Shown here: piece after piece, positions 1 through 7,876 of the stretch
Position numbering within the stretch: the first letter of the stretch is position 1
How the letters are laid out: each line of letters begins with the position of its first letter
Source of the DNA: Deltaproteobacteria bacterium
GTDB lineage: Bacteria > Myxococcota_A > UBA9160 > SMWR01
Reading direction: 5' to 3'
DNA: 16,423 bases
Assembly: GCA_032128375.1 (NCBI GenBank)
Contig: JAQBGU010000176.1
Location: 1-16,423 of the forward strand
The notes under the pieces: model-generated
What the model was told of the DNA's origin: nothing
What the model saw: only the letters and a program-made list of their open reading frames with translations
Database searches by the model: none
Program-made: the position numbers and the translations under genes

Positions 1-315
1 ATCGAGATGCACGAATCGACGGTCAGCCGAGTGACCACGTCCAAGTACGTCCACACTCCCCAGGGCATCTTCGAGCTGAAGTATTTTTTCAATTCGAGCA
101 TCAACCGAGTCGTGGGTGAGGCGGTCGCCAGCGAAGCCGTCAAGGAGCGCATCCGCAAGCTGATTACAGCCGAGGACCCGCGGAGGCCCTTGTCCGATCA
201 GCGGATTGCCGAAATGCTCAAGTCGGCCAATATCGACATCGCTCGCAGAACGGTTACGAAGTACCGTGAACAGTTGAACATCCTGTCTTCTACGAAACGG
301 CGTGATGTCAGTTAG
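1..315 (+). CDS. rpoN: RNA polymerase sigma-54 factor, C-terminal part (5' truncated by window edge)
   Basis: Frame open from base 1 (IEMHESTVSRVT, HTH motif), ELKYFF, PLSDQ and RpoN box ARRTVTKYRE; TAG at 313-315. Confidence 0.97.
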   Translation: MEMHESTVSRVTTSKYVHTPQGIFELKYFFNSSINRVVGEAVASEAVKERIRKLITAEDPRRPLSDQRIAEMLKSANIDIARRTVTKYREQLNILSSTKRRDVS

Positions 316-353
316 GAACCCGACCCAGGATCGGTCGGGCGACGACGGTGGAA

Positions 354-378
354 GCATTCGCCGCGCAGCGGCGAATGC
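354..378. repeat. Perfect 11-bp inverted repeat (hairpin) downstream of rpoN; possible terminator or RNA stability element
   Basis: GCATTCGCCGC (354-364), loop GCA, GCGGCGAATGC (368-378). A second 7-bp stem CCCGACC/GGTCGGG lies at 319-339. No U-tract follows. Confidence 0.6.
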
Positions 379-525
379 GCAACTAGCAAGCAGCGGTCAG
401 AAGCCATAACGTCCCGCGATCCCCGGTCAATTGCGCCGAAAATGAAGCTCACAGAACAGAGCGATTCCATGTAGCCAACAGCATATCGCGCGGCTAGCCT
501 CCTGCCGGCAATTCGAGGGACTCCC

Positions 526-987
526 ATGAAGATCATGGACATCTTGGTGAACGGCGCCCTGATCGCAGAACTCGGGGTCCCGTCGAAACGCGAAGTCTTG
601 GCCGAAATGGCGAGCGCGCTGGCCAAAGTCGAACCCCAGATCGAAGCCAACAGGCTCTTGGAAGTGTTGCTCGAGCGCGAAAAGCTGCAGAGCACCGGAA
701 TCGGCGAGGGCGTGGCGATCCCACACGGAAAGATGCCGGGCTTGGATCGTCTTGTCGCGACGTTCGCGCGAAGTTCTGAAGGTGTCGATTTCGAGTCGAT
801 CGACGGCCAGTTGACCCACCATTTCTTTCTGCTGGTCGTACCGGAACATTCGGGGGGCCAGTACCTGAAAGCGCTCGCGCGGATCTCCCGTTTTTTCCGG
901 GATGCTGCGTTTCGTCAACAGTTGACTCGAGCGGCCAGTGTGGAAGACATCATCGCCGCTATCGCCGAAGAGGACGCGAAAATCTAA
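526..987 (+). CDS. ptsN: PTS EIIA (Ntr/fructose-type) nitrogen regulatory protein
   Basis: ERE..STGIGEGVAIPHG with the phosphoacceptor His, FESIDGQ, LKALARISR; SD-like GAGGGA at 515-520; follows rpoN. Confidence 0.93.
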   Translation: MKIMDILVNGALIAELGVPSKREVLAEMASALAKVEPQIEANRLLEVLLEREKLQSTGIGEGVAIPHGKMPGLDRLVATFARSSEGVDFESIDGQLTHHFFLLVVPEHSGGQYLKALARISRFFRDAAFRQQLTRAASVEDIIAAIAEEDAKI

Positions 988-1037
988 ACGACTGTGGATT
1001 GCGCGGTTTCGGGATCGCGACGGCTGGGGGCAGTTCG

Positions 1038-1571
1038 ATGAAGGCTTCTGTTCACGGAGCTCTCGTCGAAGTCTACGGAGTTGGCATTGCACTGCTCGGC
1101 GTGAGCGGTGTCGGGAAGAGTGAGTGCGCGCTCGAACTGCTTTCCCGTGGCCACCGGATCGTCGCAGACGACGTGATCGAGTTGATCGTCGTCGAGCCCG
1201 GAACGCTGATCGGCCGAGCGCCAGAGCGAATCCGCCACCACATGGAGATTCGGGGTCTGGGTATTATCAGCGTCCCGGCGCTGTTCGGCAAGGACTCGGT
1301 GCGGCTCGAGGTCGAAATCGAGTTGATCTGCCGGCTCCAGCGGTGGCGAGTGGGCACGGCTTACGAGCGGGTCGGGATCGAATGGCCCATGGGGGAGATC
1401 GGCGGGTTCCCGCGCCCAGAATTGACGCTTCCGGCGCGACCCGGTGGTAGCATGGCGACTGTTGTCGAAGTCGTCGCTCGCGAGCATGCTCAGCGTCTGG
1501 CGGGTTTCAATGCCGCCGCTGCTCTGGATTCTCGACTGCGAGCGGAGATGAGCCGGAAAGATCGCTCATGA
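1038..1571 (+). CDS. hprK: HPr kinase/phosphorylase, catalytic C-terminal domain only (177 aa)
   Basis: SVHG, Walker A GVSGVGKSE, VADD and signature HHMEIRGLGII. ATG 1038 preferred over the track's TTG at 999. Confidence 0.88.
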   Translation: MKASVHGALVEVYGVGIALLGVSGVGKSECALELLSRGHRIVADDVIELIVVEPGTLIGRAPERIRHHMEIRGLGIISVPALFGKDSVRLEVEIELICRLQRWRVGTAYERVGIEWPMGEIGGFPRPELTLPARPGGSMATVVEVVAREHAQRLAGFNAAAALDSRLRAEMSRKDRS

Positions 1572-2434
1572 ACCACACCGGAACTCACATTGTGTTTGTC
1601 AGCGGCTTGTCGGGCAGCGGCAAGAGCACCGCGATGGCAGCCTTGGCAGACCTCAGTTTCTACTGCGTCGACAATCTCCCGGTCCAGTTGATCGAACAGT
1701 TCCTGCACCTGTGTTCCCAGGCCACGCCGCCGATCGAGAAAATCGCGTTGGCGATCGACGCGCGAGAGGGTCCGTTCCTGCACGAATTCCCGAAGGTCGT
1801 GACCGAGCTGCGAGAATCCGGGGCCACGGTTGACGTGGCATTTCTCGACTGCACCGATGAGGTCCTGATCAATCGATATCGCGAAACACGCCGCGTCCAC
1901 CCCCTCGCGCCCGGCGGTACGGTCGCCGAGGGCATCGCGAAGGAACGAAGTCTGCTCGTCGATGTGGCGGCACTGGCGGACACGCGCATCAATACATCGC
2001 AGTTGAACGTGCATCAATTGAAAGCTGAGATTGGCCAGCACGTATCCGGAGAAGCGCGAGCTACCGTCGCAAACTTGGTGTCCTTCGGATTCCGCTACGG
2101 CACACCCGCAGCTGCCGAACTGTTGTTCGACGTTCGCTTCTTGTCGAATCCGTTCTTCGAGGAGCACTTGCGCGAGCGGACTGGGCAACACCCGGAAGTC
2201 GCAGACTATGTGCTGAAAAATGCGCAAGGGGCGGCCTTGTTCCAGCGATTGAGGGAAATGTGCGAATTCTTACTTCCCCTCTACGATCAGGAGGGCAAGG
2301 CGTACGTGACGATCGGAATTGGTTGTACGGGGGGGCGTCATCGATCCGTAGCCGTCTGTGAAGCATTGGCGGGAGTGCTTCGCGCACCCGGCCGGGAGGT
2401 GAACATCGATCACCGTGACATCTGCCGAAGGTAA
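1568..2434 (+). CDS. rapZ: RNase adapter RapZ / YvcJ-family P-loop nucleotide-binding protein
   Basis: SGLSGSGKS, CVDNLP, ETRRVHPL, SFGFRYG, FDVRFLSNP, IGCTGGRHRSV; ATGA overlap with hprK. Confidence 0.95.
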   Translation: MNHTGTHIVFVSGLSGSGKSTAMAALADLSFYCVDNLPVQLIEQFLHLCSQATPPIEKIALAIDAREGPFLHEFPKVVTELRESGATVDVAFLDCTDEVLINRYRETRRVHPLAPGGTVAEGIAKERSLLVDVAALADTRINTSQLNVHQLKAEIGQHVSGEARATVANLVSFGFRYGTPAAAELLFDVRFLSNPFFEEHLRERTGQHPEVADYVLKNAQGAALFQRLREMCEFLLPLYDQEGKAYVTIGIGCTGGRHRSVAVCEALAGVLRAPGREVNIDHRDICRR

Positions 2435-2507
2435 AGCGCCGAAGACGCAGGCCGATGAGACGGGCGCAAGCTAAGGTCCGGAAACGGCACGAAACGGAGA
2501 GTGGGTG

Positions 2508-2918
2508 ATGAAGATCGGCGTCGTATTGGTAACGCACTACCGCCTCGGGGAAGAATTCCTTCGCGTGTTGCGCCTGATCCTGCCTGACGTGCCGGACTTT
2601 CTGGCGGTTGCGATCGACCCCAAGCAATCGGTCGACGAGATGCGCCGACTCATCTCCACGGCTCTGAAGCAAGCAGATCGCGGCTCCGGTGTTTTGGTGC
2701 TCACGGACATGTTCGGCGGTACGCCGTCCAACATCAGTCTGTCGTTCATCGAAGAACGCTCTGTCGAAGTCGTGACGGGTCTGAATCTCCCGATGCTCAT
2801 CAAGTTGGCAACGCTCACCGACGAAAAGACCCTCGAGGACCTGGCGTCATTCATCAAGAGCTACGGTCAGCGAAATATTTCTGTCGCCAGTGAAATCCTG
2901 CCCGAAGTGAATTCGTGA
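2508..2918 (+). CDS. PTS EIIA component, mannose/sorbose family (stand-alone)
   Basis: VVLVTH (phospho-His), LTDMFGGTPSN, VVTGLNLPML; SD-like GGAGAG upstream. GTG 2505 is an alternative start. Confidence 0.92.
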   Translation: MKIGVVLVTHYRLGEEFLRVLRLILPDVPDFLAVAIDPKQSVDEMRRLISTALKQADRGSGVLVLTDMFGGTPSNISLSFIEERSVEVVTGLNLPMLIKLATLTDEKTLEDLASFIKSYGQRNISVASEILPEVNS

Positions 2919-3205
2919 GCGAGCCCGTTGAGCAGACCTTCACGATCCGCAGCGAGTTGGGGCTGCACGCTCGCCCAGCGGGAGAGTTCGTTGCGCTCGC
3001 GGGCACCTTCGAATCCGAAATTTCGGTGAGTCGCGGGGCCGAATGGGTCGATGGGCGCAGTGTGCTGTCGCTGTTGTCGTTGGCGGCTTCCAATGGCACC
3101 AAGCTGCTGATTCGGGCGATTGGATCCGACGCACTCGAGGCCGTGACCGCACTCGGCGCGATAGTCGAGCGCGAGGTCCGGCCAGACCCGCCACAACCAA
3201 GATAA
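2915..3205 (+). CDS. ptsH: Phosphocarrier protein HPr/NPr
   Basis: GLHARPA (His15 equivalent) and [12 protein letters not shown] (Ser46 equivalent); GTGA overlap with the EIIA gene. Confidence 0.93.
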   Translation: MSEPVEQTFTIRSELGLHARPAGEFVALAGTFESEISVSRGAEWVDGRSVLSLLSLAASNGTKLLIRAIGSDALEAVTALGAIVEREVRPDPPQPR

Positions 3206-3222
3206 GCCAGCAAAACGGAAGA

Positions 3223-3251
3223 TTGAATCCCCAAAGCCGCTCCTCTAGAGT
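3223..3251 (+). promoter_or_regulatory. Putative sigma-70 promoter for metK
   Basis: TTGAAT (3223-3228), 17-nt spacer, TAGAGT (3246-3251); SD GAGGAG at 3274-3279 before ATG 3286. Confidence 0.5.
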
Positions 3252-3285
3252 CCGCACCCCCACAGCCATTTCCGAGGAGACACAC

Positions 3286-4446
3286 ATGGCGCGAGGCGCC
3301 CTTTTTACATCCGAATCGGTCTCGATGGGCCATCCCGATAAGATGTGCGACCAGATCTCCGACGCGATCCTCGATGCGATGCTCGCTGGCGATCCGAATT
3401 CTCGTGTTGCCTGCGAGACGTTGACGACTACAGGGCTGGTGATGGTCGCCGGAGAGGTAACCACCAACGCCGAAGTCCAAATCGCCCCGCTGGTTCGGCA
3501 GGTAGTCCACGATATCGGTTACACAGGTTCGGAAATGGGTTTCGACGCGAATACCTGTGCGGTGACGATCGCGCTGGGCCGCCAATCTGCGGACATATCG
3601 CAGGGGGTGTCGGAGGGCGAGGGACTGCACAAGGAACAGGGTGCCGGTGACCAGGGTATGATGTTCGGCTTTGCTTGTGACGAAACGCCCGAGCTGATGC
3701 CGGCACCGATTCGGCTGGCGCACCGGCTGATGGAGAGTCATCGAGGTTTCTTCGAATCGGGCGAGATCGACTACCTGCGACCTGACGCAAAGTCTCAGGT
3801 CACGATCGAATACGATGGCGACCGGCCGGCGCGGATCACAACAGTGGTGCTGTCGACCCAACACGCGCCCGACGTGTCGTACGACCAGCTCCGAAAGGAC
3901 ATGATCACAAGGGTCATCGAACCCGTATTGCCGAGCGAGCTGCTCAAAAACACGATCTACCACATCAATCCTACGGGGCGTTTCGTGGTGGGTGGACCGA
4001 TGGGCGACGCGGGCTTGACCGGACGCAAGATCATCGTCGACACCTACGGCGGAATGGGTCGTCATGGTGGGGGCGCATTCTCCGGCAAGGATCCCTCCAA
4101 GGTCGACCGCAGCGCCGCTTATGCGGCGCGCTGGGTGGCGAAAAATCTCGTTGCGGCCAAGGTGGCCCGTCGTTGCGAGGTGCAGCTCGCGTACGCGATC
4201 GGTGTTGCTGAACCGATTTCGATTCGGGTCGAAACGTTTGGGACGGGTGAGTCGGATACGACCAGGCTCGAAAATCTCGTTCGCAAGCACTTTGATCTGA
4301 CGCCGAAGGGCATCGATGAGGGATTGAATTTGCGCCGCCCGATCTACCGGCCGACTTCCTATCACGGTCACTTTGGCCGGGAGGGAATTGGATTTCCGTG
4401 GGAAGAGACCGACCGGGCGGAAGCGATTGCCCGCGATTTCAAGTAG
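3286..4446 (+). CDS. metK: S-adenosylmethionine synthetase
   Basis: [52 protein letters not shown] 3286 with strong SD. The track's 3043 start overlaps ptsH. Confidence 0.98.
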   Translation: MARGALFTSESVSMGHPDKMCDQISDAILDAMLAGDPNSRVACETLTTTGLVMVAGEVTTNAEVQIAPLVRQVVHDIGYTGSEMGFDANTCAVTIALGRQSADISQGVSEGEGLHKEQGAGDQGMMFGFACDETPELMPAPIRLAHRLMESHRGFFESGEIDYLRPDAKSQVTIEYDGDRPARITTVVLSTQHAPDVSYDQLRKDMITRVIEPVLPSELLKNTIYHINPTGRFVVGGPMGDAGLTGRKIIVDTYGGMGRHGGGAFSGKDPSKVDRSAAYAARWVAKNLVAAKVARRCEVQLAYAIGVAEPISIRVETFGTGESDTTRLENLVRKHFDLTPKGIDEGLNLRRPIYRPTSYHGHFGREGIGFPWEETDRAEAIARDFK

Positions 4447-4575
4447 TCGCGTTTCCCGAAACCGAGCCCTTGAAGCGGATACCGACCCGGCTCGGGACGG
4501 CGAGGCGCCCGGCTTGGTGAAGCGCAGCCCGCTTCCAGCGCCAAACCGTCGGGCGCTTGACCGCGCCCGGAGACC

Positions 4576-5832
4576 GTGCGATATGCAGAGCGGATGGGGG
4601 GACCGAAGCAGCACAGCTGCGTCCGAAAAGCGCCTCGGGGCGTGCTGCCCGAGCGTAGCTGGATCTGTGAGCCGCAAGCCGCGCTCATGCTGATCGGGTT
4701 GGCGATCGCGCTCGCGTCCTGTTCGACCGCCCGCGGAGGAGCGCTCGCGCCGGACCCGCTGATTCGCGTGCTGCTGCGCGAGGCCGACGAAATCACCCTG
4801 CGCGGCGAAGCATCGAAGCCGGCACACTTGGAGGCCAGGGATGGGCGGCTTTGGGTCAACAACAAACCAGTCGGCTCCAGTTGGCGGTTGGCTGGGAATG
4901 GAGTGGTTTCTGGCGCTGGGTTACAGGTTCGTGGAGCGATCGTCGTTCACCGAGGCGTGGGCGGGCTGCAGGTCGTCAATGAGGTGGGACTCGAAGACTA
5001 CGTGGCCGGGAGCGTCGGGCGTGAGATCTACCCGGGATGGCACCCCGAGACTCTGAAGGCGCAGGCTGTGGTGACACGCACTTACGCGTTGTATCGGCGC
5101 GATCGGGCGCGCGAGCAGGCCAACCGGGCCAGTTTCGATCTGGGCTCGGGGACAGGCAGCCAGATGTACGGCGGAATCGCCGCTGAGACCGCCTCGATCC
5201 GTACAGCGGTGGCCGAGACGCGCGGCGAATACCTCACACAGGCTCAATCGCCCGGCCAGGAGCCAATCCTCGCGGTCTATCATTCCGCCTCGGGCGGACG
5301 CACCGCGACCGCAGAAGAGGTATGGGGGCATCCGGTCCCGTATCTGTTGAGTGTAGAAGTCGCCGATGAACAGGATTCACCCGATACCTACTGGCGGGCG
5401 AGCATCTCACGGACGAAACTGGGGCGCGCTCTCGCCCAGGCAGGGATCGGGATCGGAGCCCTACGAGATGTCAGGGTCGTCGAACGGTCGCCGAGTGGGC
5501 GAGCACTTCGCATCGAACTGCGGGGCGAAGTTGACGGCCACACAATCAGTCACGTCATGGAAGCGCGCGCACTTCGCGAGGCGCTTGGAGAATCGGTGAT
5601 TCGCAGCACGATGTTCGAAATTCGATCTGAAACCGATGCAGATGCCGATCAGGCTGGAAGCGGAGGTGAAAGTCGAGATGGAGATCTGGTTTTCGTCGGT
5701 TCGGGGCACGGTCACGGTGTCGGAATGAGTCAGTGGGGCGCCGAGGCCATGGCGCAACGCGGCGAGAGTTATCGCGAAATTCTGGCTGCATTCTATCCGG
5801 GTGCGTCGATTGTGCGTGGAGGCCGCCAGTGA
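4576..5832 (+). CDS. SpoIID/LytB-family lytic transglycosylase-like protein, probable lipoprotein (start uncertain: 4576, 4594, 4642 or 4687)
   Basis: VVNEVGLEDYVAGSVGRE (catalytic Glu equivalent), ETLKAQAVVTRTYA, QMYGG, YHSASGG, GSGHGHGVGMSQWGA, YREILAAFYPG; hydrophobic stretch with lipobox LASC at 4711-4722. Confidence 0.9.
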   Translation: MRYAERMGGPKQHSCVRKAPRGVLPERSWICEPQAALMLIGLAIALASCSTARGGALAPDPLIRVLLREADEITLRGEASKPAHLEARDGRLWVNNKPVGSSWRLAGNGVVSGAGLQVRGAIVVHRGVGGLQVVNEVGLEDYVAGSVGREIYPGWHPETLKAQAVVTRTYALYRRDRAREQANRASFDLGSGTGSQMYGGIAAETASIRTAVAETRGEYLTQAQSPGQEPILAVYHSASGGRTATAEEVWGHPVPYLLSVEVADEQDSPDTYWRASISRTKLGRALAQAGIGIGALRDVRVVERSPSGRALRIELRGEVDGHTISHVMEARALREALGESVIRSTMFEIRSETDADADQAGSGGESRDGDLVFVGSGHGHGVGMSQWGAEAMAQRGESYREILAAFYPGASIVRGGRQ

Positions 5833-6185
5833 GCGGGCTGCTGTTGCTCCAGGTGCAACCGCAACAGCCAAGTGGATTCTCGATGCTCGTCCCGATGGCG
5901 GCGATTTTCGTCATCTTCTATTTCCTGCTGATTCGGCCGCAGCAGAAGAAGCAACGCGAAACGGAGAAGATGATCAAGGGCATCGAAAAGGGTGACAGCG
6001 TCATCACCTCGGGCGGGCTTCACGGGAAGGTCACCGGGGTCTCAGACGATGCCCTGACGATCGAGATCGCTTCGGTCAAGGGCGATCAGGTAAGGGTCAA
6101 AGTGTCGCGCAGCCGAATCGAACATGTCGATTCGGTCAAGAAAGAAACCAAGAAAGCTGGCGGTAAGAAGGGTGGCGGGTCGTGA
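5829..6185 (+). CDS. yajC: Preprotein translocase subunit YajC
   Basis: IFYFLLIRPQQKK..KGDSVITSGGLHGKV; GTG 5829 with SD GGAGG at 5818-5822; GTGA overlap with the SpoIID gene stop. Confidence 0.94.
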   Translation: MSGLLLLQVQPQQPSGFSMLVPMAAIFVIFYFLLIRPQQKKQRETEKMIKGIEKGDSVITSGGLHGKVTGVSDDALTIEIASVKGDQVRVKVSRSRIEHVDSVKKETKKAGGKKGGGS

Positions 6186-7768
6186 ATTTGCGCGGGCGTG
6201 TGATTGGTGTCTCACTGACGATTCTTCTGTTCGGCTACTACGCGTTGGCAAACTTTGCCAGCGAACAAGCGCGCCAGGACAATGCACTGATTCCGAAGGA
6301 ATCGCTGCGCCTCGGACTCGATCTGAAGGGCGGCTTCCATTGGGTGATCGGTGTGAAGCTGGCGATCGCTGAGGAGCATGAACTGGGCTTCCTGAAGGGG
6401 ATTCTGCAATCGGACCTCGAGGAAGACGGCATCGTGCTGGGCAAGGTCGAAGTCGTCGACGGAGGGCTGCAGATCGAGGCGTTCACAGAGCCGTCCCGTA
6501 TTGCGGTACGCAAATGGATGGAAGACGCCGGTCAGGCCATTGAAGTGGGGAAGGGCACCGACCTGCTGACGTTCCGGCTGTCGGATGACCGCGTCCAGGA
6601 AGTGCGCGAACGCGGCATGTCGCAGGTGCTCGAAGTTCTGCGGCGGCGAATCGAAGACCCGCTGAAGGGCATTCCGGATTCGGTCGTGACGCGACAGGGC
6701 GTAGATCGCGTGCTCGTCCAGATACCGGGTGGGTCGATCGATCGCTCGCGGGCGCGGGACATGCTGAAGGTGACCGGCTTCCTGGAGTTCAAGATTGTCC
6801 AGGATTCGGCGGCGACCGAAGATCTGCTGATCGGACGTTACGCGGACGGGGTGCTGCCGGAAGGCACCGAGATTGCCTACGAGCGCGACCGCGAGACCAA
6901 TCGAATCCTGACCGCATACCTGGTCAAGAAGGATGCGGACATTACCGGTGACTACCTGACCGACGCCCGCGTCGGATTCGACAACCAACAGCGTCCGCTC
7001 GTCAACTTCACGTTCAATCCGCAAGGTGGCCAGCTGTTTGCCGACCTCACCAGCGAGAACATCGGCAGCCCGCTTGCGATCATCCTGGACAGCCAGGTGT
7101 ACAGCGCGCCTAACATCCGCGGGCGAATCGGTGCGCGTGGACAGATCACCGGGCGCTACACGATGGCAGAGGCGTCCGACTTGTCCGTCATCCTGCGTGC
7201 GGGCTCGCTGTCGGTACCGGTCGTGATCGAAGAGGAGCGCACCGTCGGCCCAGCGCTCGGGGCGGATTCGATCCGGAACGGAGAGAACGCGATGATCGTG
7301 GGGGTGGTCATGGTCGTGATCTTCGTTGCGGTCTACTACAAGTTGGCCGGTGTCTACGCCGGAGTTGCGCTGGCTGTGAACCTGCTGATGCTGCTCGGCG
7401 TCATGTCGATGTTCGAAGCCACGCTGACACTTCCGGGTTTGGCCGGAATCGTGCTGACGGTCGGCATGGCGGTCGATGCCAACGTGATCGTGTTCGAACG
7501 CATTCGCGAGGAACTGCACAGCGGCAAAACGCCGCGTGCGGCGATCGGGACGGGTTTCAACAAGGCATTCTTGCCGATCATGGATTCCAATATCACCACG
7601 CTAGGCACCGCGATCGTGCTGTTCAACTACGGAACCGGTCCGATCAAGGGCTTCGCGGTGACGCTCTCGATCGGGATCGTGACCAGCGTGTTCGCGGCGC
7701 TGGTGGTCTCGCGGCTCCTGTTCGAGATCTACCCGGGGAATCGCCATCTCGAGACCTTGTCGATCTGA
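6182..7768 (+). CDS. secD: Protein translocase subunit SecD
   Basis: LRLGLDLKGG, VGPALGADSI, LTLPGLAGIVLTVGMAVDANVIVFERIREE, GTGPIKGFAVTL. Confidence 0.97.
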   Translation: MNLRGRVIGVSLTILLFGYYALANFASEQARQDNALIPKESLRLGLDLKGGFHWVIGVKLAIAEEHELGFLKGILQSDLEEDGIVLGKVEVVDGGLQIEAFTEPSRIAVRKWMEDAGQAIEVGKGTDLLTFRLSDDRVQEVRERGMSQVLEVLRRRIEDPLKGIPDSVVTRQGVDRVLVQIPGGSIDRSRARDMLKVTGFLEFKIVQDSAATEDLLIGRYADGVLPEGTEIAYERDRETNRILTAYLVKKDADITGDYLTDARVGFDNQQRPLVNFTFNPQGGQLFADLTSENIGSPLAIILDSQVYSAPNIRGRIGARGQITGRYTMAEASDLSVILRAGSLSVPVVIEEERTVGPALGADSIRNGENAMIVGVVMVVIFVAVYYKLAGVYAGVALAVNLLMLLGVMSMFEATLTLPGLAGIVLTVGMAVDANVIVFERIREELHSGKTPRAAIGTGFNKAFLPIMDSNITTLGTAIVLFNYGTGPIKGFAVTLSIGIVTSVFAALVVSRLLFEIYPGNRHLETLSI

Positions 7769-7797
7769 TACCAGCGGCCGGCGAGCCATTTTCCAGT

Positions 7798-7862
7798 TCC
7801 GGATCCCCATTCCGGACCCAAGCTCAGGACCCGGGTCCAGACCCCGGGTCTAGGACCCCAAT
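7798..7862. repeat. Degenerate tandem array of five 12-14 bp units (consensus near TCCGGACCCNNN) with embedded palindromes
   Basis: Units TCCGGATCCCCAT / TCCGGACCCAAGC / TCAGGACCCGGG / TCCAGACCCCGGG / TCTAGGACCCCAAT; perfect palindrome GGACCCGGGTCC at 7827-7838. Confidence 0.6.
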
Positions 7863-7876
7863 TTAGGAGTTACACG

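Noticed and set aside
442..474. 10-codon ORF MKLTEQSDSM upstream of ptsN
   Set aside because: No SD and no informative composition; expected by chance.
3043..3285. N-terminal extension of MetK, or a SAM riboswitch leader
   Set aside because: Overlaps ptsH; ATG 3286 has a strong SD. The predicted leader of about 28 nt is too short and lacks SAM riboswitch motifs.
4461..4510. SAH riboswitch after metK
   Set aside because: Has GGCTCGG but lacks the GAGGAGCG-type 5' element and pseudoknot partner; the downstream gene is not ahcY.
2854..4827. 657-aa minus-strand ORF
   Set aside because: Antisense shadow of ptsH/metK with no recognisable motifs; long antisense frames are expected at high GC.
7798..7862. 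Mini-CRISPR interpretation of the secD-secF repeats
   Set aside because: Units are too short, lack spacers, and no cas genes are present.
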